Source of the DNA: a virus
Length of the DNA: 64,000 nucleotides
IMG/VR virus record: IMGVR_UViG_3300044825_001821
Span: 32,001-96,000 of that record
Reading direction: 5' to 3' (one strand)
The notes under the pieces are model-generated. The model was not told the origin of the DNA and did not search any database. It saw only the letters and a program-made list of their open reading frames with translations. The translations under genes were made by a program, and so were the position numbers. Of the stretch, positions 9,478-15,367 are shown piece after piece. Position 1 is the first letter of the stretch. Each line of letters starts with the position of its first letter.

Positions 9478-9573
9478 ATGAACAATCTAATACACATTAC
9501 AAAGCAAGCGCCCGAATATCGCACATTTAGCGATAATGGCTCATGGGCACCTGTGTCGGAGGTTTGTGTATAG
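9478..9573 (+). CDS. putative attenuator leader peptide MNNLIHITKQAPEYRTFSDNGSWAPVSEVCV (all 20 amino acids)
   Basis: 31-codon ORF whose 3' end is complementary both to its own 5' end and to the 5' arm of the downstream terminator. Confidence 0.7.
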   Translation: MNNLIHITKQAPEYRTFSDNGSWAPVSEVCV

Positions 9574-9599
9574 ATTGTAATCGTTAGCAGATATACAAC

Positions 9600-9639
9600 A
9601 AACCCCGAAGCCCAAAAAGTTTCGGGGTTTTGTTTTTTT
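9600..9639 (+). terminator. intrinsic terminator (attenuator 3:4 hairpin)
   Basis: aaaccccgaagc / gtttcggggttt 12 bp stem, then tgttttttt. Confidence 0.9.
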
Positions 9640-9665
9640 GATAACGAAAAAAGTTTAAAAAAACC

Positions 9666-9694
9666 TTGACAAGTAAATGGCTGTTCTATACAAT
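9666..9694 (+). promoter_or_regulatory. sigma70-type promoter in front of tRNA array
   Basis: TTGACA(AGTAAA)-17-TACAAT. Confidence 0.85.
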
Positions 9695-9827
9695 GGTCGA
9701 TGTTGAGTGAGTGAGAAAGAAAAAACGGAAGTGAGCGATCCGACTCTGAGAAGAGTTTAGCAAGGGTTGATGCGGTAGGGCAGCTTCGGCATCTGTAATA
9801 GCGATTCCTTGTTAGTTCTTGAATTAT

Positions 9828-9903
9828 GCACCCATCGTCTAGAGGCCTAGGACCCTGCCCTTTCACGGCAGTAACACCGGTTCAAATCCGGTTGGGTGTA
9901 CCA
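9828..9903 (+). tRNA. tRNA-Glu(TTC)
   Basis: cloverleaf, loop CTTTCAC, encoded CCA. Confidence 0.92.
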
Positions 9904-9954
9904 AGTTCTTAATAGGAGACCTGTCATGGATAGTGACAAGAGTGGTAAGATGAA

Positions 9955-10030
9955 GGGAGTATAGTCAAACGGTTAAGACAGCGGACTTTTAATCCGTCAG
10001 GTCAGGGTTCGAATCCCTGTGCTCCCACCA
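9955..10030 (+). tRNA. tRNA-Lys(TTT)
   Basis: loop CTTTTAA, GTTCGAATC, CCA. Confidence 0.92.
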
Positions 10031-10064
10031 TATAAAAGTATTTTGATTCAGAGTATTTTTATAT

Positions 10065-10142
10065 GGCACTTTAGCATAGTTGGCCTAATGCGCTGCCCTG
10101 TCACGGCAGAGATCACGGGTTCGAATCCCGTAAGTGTCGCCA
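10065..10142 (+). tRNA. tRNA-Asp(GTC)
   Basis: loop CTGTCAC, GCCA end. Confidence 0.92.
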
Positions 10143-10149
10143 GAATTAT

Positions 10150-10224
10150 TGCCAAGTAGCACAGTGGTAGTGCAGTTGACTGTTAATCAATTGGTCGTTG
10201 GTTCGATCCCAACCTTGGCAGCCA
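10150..10224 (+). tRNA. tRNA-Asn(GTT)
   Basis: loop CTGTTAA, GCCA end. Confidence 0.92.
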
Positions 10225-10593
10225 GTATCCCGCTTACCGTTAAGTGTCAAGTAACGGCGATCCTAATGTCGAAAATGATTAGGCGTATTGTGAGCGTCAA
10301 TCACACGGCAGAACAGAAAATCATATGATAATGCCGCAGAGTCCCGCTTACATGGGAGCCTTATGAAAATACTGTTCCGGTAGCAAGCCAGGCCACCGAT
10401 ATAATAAATTGGACGGACAGAGTAACTGCTCAGTCTAGGGCTTATGGGAGTAAGTAGCTAGACACCTTAATTGTGTTATCTGTAAGCCATGGGCTTGATC
10501 ATGCCTGAGTAACTATGTACACAGACGGTAAATCCGGCCGGCTATTCCGTTGAGCATAGCAAATAGTGCAGATAACACAATTAAGGTAACTGT

Positions 10594-10667
10594 TGGGGAT
10601 TAGTGAAATGGTATCACACCGGATTTTGATTCCGAGGTCGTAAGTTCGATTCTTACATCCCCTGCCA
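10594..10667 (+). tRNA. tRNA-Gln(TTG)
   Basis: loop TTTTGAT, weak 1:72 pair, GCCA. Confidence 0.9.
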
Positions 10668-10674
10668 AATTATT

Positions 10675-10758
10675 GGGTGACGAGCAGCACTGGTGACTGC
10701 ACCTGACTGTAAATCAGACGCTTCGGCATACTTGGTTCGACTCCGAGGTCACCCACCA
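10675..10758 (+). tRNA. tRNA-Tyr(GTA)
   Basis: loop CTGTAAA, extended variable arm, ACCA. Confidence 0.9.
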
Positions 10759-10932
10759 GTAAACTTGAGTTGTGGCAAGTATAGTCCACAAACAGGAGTG
10801 TAACCTGATTCATACAAAGATAAGTATGAAACGTGAATGAGCCATCTTTTGACCGTGTTCTTTAGGCAGGAAACACATAAGAAAACGGCAGGCGTTAAAC
10901 GTGATTACAATCGCCTAGGTAATCAAAGTATT

Positions 10933-11007
10933 CGGTCTTTAGTAAAATGGATATTACGGCGGGCTACGGACCCGCAGGTGGGAGTTCGATTCTCTCAGGA
11001 CCGGCCA
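10933..11007 (+). tRNA. tRNA-Arg(ACG)
   Basis: loop CTACGGA, GCCA. Confidence 0.9.
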
Positions 11008-11099
11008 TATTGAAACACATTGAATCCCAAGGGTACGAGGGGTGGCTGTAGGCCTATATTCCGGTCGATGGGTTCGATTCCCGCAGTGTGTTTCAATAT

Positions 11100-11175
11100 G
11101 GGGGATTGGTGCTAATTGGGAACACATGTGCTTTGCAAGCATGAGTAAGCAGTTCGAATCTGCTATCCTCCACCA
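11100..11175 (+). tRNA. tRNA-Ala(TGC)
   Basis: loop TTTGCAA, G3:U70, ACCA. Confidence 0.9.
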
Positions 11176-11185
11176 AAGTTTTATT

Positions 11186-11261
11186 GCCGGTTTAGCTCAT
11201 CTGGTAGAGCAGGCGCCTTGTAAGCGTCAGGTGGTGGGTTCGAGTCCTGCAACCGGCACCA
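11186..11261 (+). tRNA. tRNA-Thr(TGT)
   Basis: loop CTTGTAA, ACCA. Confidence 0.92.
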
Positions 11262-11269
11262 AGTTTTAT

Positions 11270-11347
11270 CTGAGTGTAATGTCAGCCCGGTAGACGGCCT
11301 GGTTTGGAACTAGGAGGCCGTAGGTTCAAATCCTACCACTCAGACCA
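11270..11347 (+). tRNA. tRNA-Pro(TGG)
   Basis: loop TTTGGAA, C1:G72, ACCA. Confidence 0.92.
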
Positions 11348-11349
11348 AT

Positions 11350-11425
11350 TGCGGGTTAGGGAAGAGGTCATCCCGTCAGGTTCATATTCTGAAGATCGTT
11401 GGTTCGAATCCAGCACCCGCTACCA
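11350..11425 (+). tRNA. tRNA-Met(CAT), initiator-like
   Basis: loop TTCATAT, 1:72 mismatch; lacks the full 3 G:C anticodon-stem pairs. Confidence 0.8.
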
Positions 11426-11439
11426 ATTATAGGTGACTT

Positions 11440-11910
11440 ATGTTTAAAAAAGAAATTGACTTAAATGAAGTGGCTGCGTTTCTTGATAAATGTGGTCCCG
11501 ATACGAAAGTTTATATTGGTGCGGACAGTGAACGTTTTCAAATCAATGGCGACTGGTTTGCTGATTACATTCTAGCAGTTGTAATTCACATTGATGGTCG
11601 TCACGGCTGTAAGATATTCGGTGCCGTACAACGTGAACGTGATTTTGAACAAAAGAAAAATCGTCCACGTTTTCGTTTGATGAATGAGGTATATAAAGTT
11701 TCAGAATTGTATTTGAAATTGTATGAAGTTATACCACATGACATACAAATTCATCTGGATATCAATCCAAGTGAAATGCATGGCAGTTCATGTGTAGTAA
11801 ACGAAGCGATTGGTTATATCAAAGGTACATGTAATGTTGTACCACTGATCAAACCAAAAGCATTTGCAGCATCATATGCGGCTGATCGTTTCAAAAGTTT
11901 AGCAGCATAA
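11440..11910 (+). CDS. YkuK-family RNase H-like protein inside tRNA array
   Basis: YIGADS, RLMNEV, IHLDIN, KP.AFAASYAAD motifs. Confidence 0.8.
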   Translation: MFKKEIDLNEVAAFLDKCGPDTKVYIGADSERFQINGDWFADYILAVVIHIDGRHGCKIFGAVQRERDFEQKKNRPRFRLMNEVYKVSELYLKLYEVIPHDIQIHLDINPSEMHGSSCVVNEAIGYIKGTCNVVPLIKPKAFAASYAADRFKSLAA

Positions 11911-11919
11911 AAAAGTAAT

Positions 11920-11994
11920 GCGGGTATAGCACAGTGGTAGTGCGACACGTTGCCAACGTGTAGGTCATCAGTTCGAATCTGATTATCCGCTCCA
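11920..11994 (+). tRNA. tRNA-Gly(GCC)
   Basis: loop TTGCCAA, TCCA end. Confidence 0.92.
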
Positions 11995-11999
11995 GGTAT

Positions 12000-12073
12000 T
12001 TCGGTGTGGCGTAATGGCAGCGCAGGAGTCTCCAAAACTCTTAGTGGGGGTTCGATTCCCTCCACCGAAGCCA
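12000..12073 (+). tRNA. tRNA-Trp(CCA)
   Basis: loop CTCCAAA, GCCA. Confidence 0.92.
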
Positions 12074-12076
12074 AAT

Positions 12077-12171
12077 GGTAGACAGCACTGGTGTGCGGCG
12101 GAGACTTATAAACTCTGGAGAGTGGCTAGATGGGCTGCAACGGCTAGGTTCGAATCCTAGGTCTACTACCA
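12077..12171 (+). tRNA. atypical tRNA-Ile(TAT) with long variable arm
   Basis: GGTAGAC/GTCTACT acceptor, loop CTTATAA, about 25 nt variable region, 95 nt. Confidence 0.7.
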
Positions 12172-12183
12172 GTGTTTTTTGGT

Positions 12184-12257
12184 GTGGCCATAGTGTAACG
12201 GTAGCACTAGACATTGTGACTGTCTCAGTTCGGATTCAAATTCCGATGGTCACCCCA
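12184..12257 (+). tRNA. tRNA-His(GTG)
   Basis: loop TTGTGAC, C73 discriminator, no encoded G-1. Confidence 0.88.
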
Positions 12258-12266
12258 AAAAATATT

Positions 12267-12342
12267 GGTGCTTTAGCTGATGTGGTCATAGCAGTGGCCT
12301 GAAGAGCCTCGGAAGTTAGTTCGATTCTAACAGGCACCACCA
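12267..12342 (+). tRNA. tRNA-Phe(GAA)
   Basis: loop CTGAAGA, ACCA. Confidence 0.9.
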
Positions 12343-12343
12343 T

Positions 12344-12417
12344 TGTCCTGTAGTTAAATGGTATAACTGTCGATTGATAATCGACCATTACAAGTTCAAT
12401 TCTTGTCGGGACAACCA
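12344..12417 (+). tRNA. tRNA-Ile(GAT)
   Basis: loop TTGATAA, ACCA. Confidence 0.9.
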
Positions 12418-12422
12418 GAATT

Positions 12423-12497
12423 GGTAGTGTAGCATAATGGTAGTGCGCCACCTTCATACGGTGTTAGGTGTAAGTTCGAATCTTACCACTACTACCA
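12423..12497 (+). tRNA. tRNA-Met(CAT), elongator (or Ile2)
   Basis: loop TTCATAC, ACCA. Confidence 0.85.
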
Positions 12498-12498
12498 A

Positions 12499-12574
12499 GC
12501 GCCGGTGACGGAACGGTATACGTGTTGGTCTTAGAAACCAAATTCTGAGAGTTCGAATCTCTCCTGGCGCACCA
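12499..12574 (+). tRNA. tRNA-Leu(TAG), short variable arm
   Basis: loop CTTAGAA, 76 nt. Confidence 0.88.
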
Positions 12575-12580
12575 GTATTT

Positions 12581-12654
12581 GCCTTGTTAGTTTAATGGTA
12601 GAACTCTGTCTTTACACGGCAGTTACGGTGGTTCGATTCCATCACAAGGCACCA
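12581..12654 (+). tRNA. tRNA-Val(TAC)
   Basis: loop TTTACAC, ACCA. Confidence 0.92.
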
Positions 12655-12661
12655 GTATCAT

Positions 12662-12739
12662 GCAACGGTGGCAGAGTGGTCCAATGCAAGAGTCTGCAAA
12701 ACTCTAAAGCCGTCGGTTCAAATCCGACCCGTTGCTCCA
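12662..12739 (+). tRNA. tRNA-Cys(GCA)
   Basis: loop CTGCAAA, U73 TCCA. Confidence 0.92.
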
Positions 12740-12744
12740 AATAT

Positions 12745-12834
12745 GGAAGTGTGGCAGAGTCCGGTTTATTGCACCTGTCTTGAAAACAGACGTATCGAAA
12801 GGTACCGTGAGTTCGAATCTCACCGCTTCCGCCA
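12745..12834 (+). tRNA. tRNA-Ser(TGA)
   Basis: loop CTTGAAA, long variable arm, GCCA. Confidence 0.92.
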
Positions 12835-12847
12835 AATAGGAGAAAAA

Positions 12848-13009
12848 ATGTTGATACTTACAACAATGCTGACGATGATATTTTATTGGGTATTGTTTGG
12901 TTTATCTGTAACGGCATTTTTATTCGTGATGTATGGTATCGCAATAGTATCTGGAGTGTTGGCCGAGTTGGTCGAAGGCACTTTCCTGCTAAGAAAGCAT
13001 ACCCCATAA
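12848..13009 (+). CDS. small membrane protein overlapping tRNA-Ser(GCT)
   Basis: AGGAG SD at 12838, hydrophobic N-terminal 35 aa. Confidence 0.45.
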   Translation: MLILTTMLTMIFYWVLFGLSVTAFLFVMYGIAIVSGVLAELVEGTFLLRKHTP

Positions 13010-13044
13010 GGGTATCATTGGTTCGAATCCAATACACTCCGCCA
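12953..13044 (+). tRNA. tRNA-Ser(GCT)
   Basis: loop CTGCTAA, long variable arm, GCCA. Confidence 0.92.
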
Positions 13045-13045
13045 C

Positions 13046-13074
13046 TTGACAACGTTTTTTCATTGATATATAAT
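13046..13074 (+). promoter_or_regulatory. sigma70-type promoter
   Basis: TTGACA-17-TATAAT. Confidence 0.9.
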
Positions 13075-13098
13075 GTTTACTGTCGCATGGAGAAAGAA

Positions 13099-13260
13099 AT
13101 GAAAGGTAAAACTTTGAAAAAACTGTCCAAACCACGGAATTTTGTGGCAAAAGACTTATTCACACCGAAATATCGAATAAGAGTTGAGCACTCATCTGTA
13201 AATTTTTACAATCGTGCTTCCGAAAAACAAAATTTCCGAAAACAAAATGTCTATTTTTAG
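13099..13260 (+). CDS. small basic protein (PRNFVAKDL.TPKYR)
   Basis: GGAG SD, ATG 13099. Confidence 0.65.
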   Translation: MKGKTLKKLSKPRNFVAKDLFTPKYRIRVEHSSVNFYNRASEKQNFRKQNVYF

Positions 13261-13684
13261 AAAAAAAGTTGAAGAACCCGTCGATCCACCCGTTTCAGGT
13301 AATGAAATGGATGATTTTGACGGTTTTTATTTTGTTCCTGATGATGATGACTTTGAAAATAACTATAAAATGATATTTTTCAACATGAAAGATGAATATT
13401 CCAACTCAAAACCAGTTGAGAGTTCACACATGGGGCTAAAATATCACTTGTGTTTTTTCAAAACCGATGAAAATGGCGCTCCTGTGTTTGATGATGCGTT
13501 TGAAGCCATACTTGTTGACCCTTTAACGTATGTGAAGAGCATGACAGGCTCAGGAATTGGTGGTTGTGTCTTGAAAAAGACAGAAAAATCGGATGGATGG
13601 TGGACTGATTACTTGAATTTCATCACCGGTGGCGAATTTAAGCAAAAAGTAAGAGAGGCATTCGGTTCTATCGCAAACAATTGA
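13247..13684 (+). CDS. hypothetical protein
   Basis: ORF overlapping previous; ATG 13247. Confidence 0.7.
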   Translation: MSIFRKKVEEPVDPPVSGNEMDDFDGFYFVPDDDDFENNYKMIFFNMKDEYSNSKPVESSHMGLKYHLCFFKTDENGAPVFDDAFEAILVDPLTYVKSMTGSGIGGCVLKKTEKSDGWWTDYLNFITGGEFKQKVREAFGSIANN

Positions 13685-13710
13685 TCATGAAAGTGAGGAT
13701 TGATAAATTT

Positions 13711-14004
13711 ATGGAAAAAATATTCGACCCAAGTTACAAAGATTACAAAACAAGCCGTAAATGGCTGATTGGTTTGCTCGAAAGTGAGATTGTAGAAATT
13801 ACTTTCTTAAAAAAAGACGGAACTGAACGTATAATGAATTGTACGTTACAAGAAGATTACTTACCAGAAACAGTTGGCTCTGATAAAGATAAAAATAGTG
13901 ATGCACTTGCGGTTTTTGATGTAGACAAAGAAGATTGGCGCTCATTTCGTTGGGATTCAGTAAAACGAATTTCATTTTCTATTGGTGGAGAACATAATGC
14001 CTAA
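13711..14004 (+). CDS. SH3/WYL_2-like beta-barrel protein
   Basis: ITFLKKDGTER.MNCTL, VFDVDK..WRSFR. Confidence 0.75.
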   Translation: MEKIFDPSYKDYKTSRKWLIGLLESEIVEITFLKKDGTERIMNCTLQEDYLPETVGSDKDKNSDALAVFDVDKEDWRSFRWDSVKRISFSIGGEHNA

Positions 14005-14287
14005 GTATATCGTAGAACAAATTTCTGTACACCGCAGTGTATTTGTGGTCGAAGCGGATAACCAAGAAGATGCTAAAAAAGTTGCGGCAGTTGCCGATGA
14101 CAATTGGCAACAATGGCTTGGTCAACTTGATGTTGATGTGAATGAGTATTCTGAAGAAAGAATTGCTTATTTCAAACACAAAGATTATTTCTGGGATGGT
14201 GTTTCATACAAAGACAGTGATGGATACCTTGCATATCATCACCCATCAGGTGAAGATATAGAACGTAAGGAAATTGTCATTCGTTAA
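13997..14287 (+). CDS. hypothetical protein
   Basis: GGAG SD. Confidence 0.7.
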   Translation: MPKYIVEQISVHRSVFVVEADNQEDAKKVAAVADDNWQQWLGQLDVDVNEYSEERIAYFKHKDYFWDGVSYKDSDGYLAYHHPSGEDIERKEIVIR

Positions 14288-14293
14288 TCAAAT

Positions 14294-14371
14294 GCGGACG
14301 TAGTGTTCAACGGTTAGCACGTGAGCCTTCCAAGCTTGAAGTGAGGAGTTCGAATCTCCCCGTCCGCTCCA
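14294..14371 (+). tRNA. tRNA-Gly(TCC), outside main array
   Basis: loop CTTCCAA, TCCA end. Confidence 0.9.
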
Positions 14372-14381
14372 AAGGATTATT

Positions 14382-14573
14382 ATGAAATCTTGGACTTTAG
14401 AAGTTAAACAACACGAAGATGGTGATTACATACTAGAATTCAATGATGAAATTCTGGCCGAAACTGGTTGGAAAGAGGGTGACACATTAAAGTGGCTTGA
14501 TAACGGCGATGGTACATGGTCGCTGAAAAAATTAGATGAGAATCATGAAAATACTGATCAATCTAAGACGTAG
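14382..14573 (+). CDS. AbrB/SpoVT-like small protein
   Basis: GDYILEF..EIL...GWKEGDTL.W...GDG.W.L motif. Confidence 0.65.
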   Translation: MKSWTLEVKQHEDGDYILEFNDEILAETGWKEGDTLKWLDNGDGTWSLKKLDENHENTDQSKT

Positions 14574-14614
14574 TTTTTTTTAAATATAACTGTTGTTATT
14601 CTATAGGAGATGTT

Positions 14615-15058
14615 ATGAACTTGAAAGGATCAAGAACCGCCGAAAGCCTTAAAGAAGCTTTTGCAGGTGAATCAATGGCAAACCGCCGCTATCTGTATTT
14701 CGCAAATCAATGTGATATTGCAGGTGAAAACGATCTTGCTGCATTGTTCCGTTCCACAGCAGAAGGTGAAACAGGACACGCACATGGTCACATGGAGTAT
14801 TTGATCAACTTAGGCGCAGGAGACCCAGGAACAGATCAACCAGCAAGAACAGTTAAAGAAATGTTGGAATCTGCAATTCATGGTGAAACTCATGAGTACA
14901 CTGACATGTATCCTGGTATGGCTAGAATAGCACGTGATGAGGGTTTTGAAGAAATTGCTGATTGGTTTGAAACTCTAGCCAAAGCAGAACGTTCTCATGC
15001 TAACCGCTACAAAAAAGCCCTTGATACCTTTTACCCCGAAATTTTAGATAAAATTTAA
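14615..15058 (+). CDS. rbr: rubrerythrin (ferritin-like di-iron protein)
   Basis: [32 protein letters not shown]. Confidence 0.9.
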   Translation: MNLKGSRTAESLKEAFAGESMANRRYLYFANQCDIAGENDLAALFRSTAEGETGHAHGHMEYLINLGAGDPGTDQPARTVKEMLESAIHGETHEYTDMYPGMARIARDEGFEEIADWFETLAKAERSHANRYKKALDTFYPEILDKI

Positions 15059-15071
15059 TAAGGAGAGTAGT

Positions 15072-15146
15072 ATGAAGTGGAGTACACCTACAGCACAAGA
15101 TATGCGTTTTGGTTTTGAAATCACAATGTATATTGCAAATCGTTAA
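15072..15146 (+). CDS. pqqA: coenzyme PQQ precursor peptide PqqA (MKWSTPTAQDMRFGFEITMYIANR)
   Basis: 24 aa, W..P....R.G.E.T.Y...R signature with ExxxY; AGGAG SD; below ORF track cutoff. Confidence 0.92.
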   Translation: MKWSTPTAQDMRFGFEITMYIANR

Positions 15147-15149
15147 AAC

Positions 15150-15178
15150 GAAAGCGGCTACCAAGCCGCTTTTCTTTT
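15150..15178. terminator. bidirectional intrinsic terminator
   Basis: aaagcggct-acca-agccgcttt, T-rich tail, between convergent genes. Confidence 0.75.
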
Positions 15179-15367
15179 ATCACGCACTGCCTTTACTCTA
15201 AACGTAGAATCATTGCTCATATTTTTTAAAGCGGCGTTTACTTGAACTGCTAACTTACAATCTTTGGTGACAAGAATTAAATTATTGCCTTTGTTGGTGT
15301 AAATGTAGTAAACTTCTTCACCGTCAACAAATTCAACGTGCATCATTTTTATATCCTGGCACCTCAC
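15158..15367 (-). CDS. hypothetical protein
   Basis: ORF downstream of 15333..16124. Confidence 0.5.
   Translation of the reverse strand: MRCQDIKMMHVEFVDGEEVYYIYTNKGNNLILVTKDCKLAVQVNAALKNMSNDSTFRVKAVRDKRKAAW

Noticed and set aside
9384-13052. ORF-track ORFs across the tRNA array (e.g. 9384..9866, 10134..10328, 11042..11293, 12075..12302, 12236..12457)
   Set aside because: They are read-throughs or antisense of tRNA genes and spacers, with no SD and no protein-like composition.
9828-14371. Stop-codon reassignment or suppressor tRNA
   Set aside because: No CTA, TCA or TTA anticodon found, and core genes are intact in the standard bacterial code.
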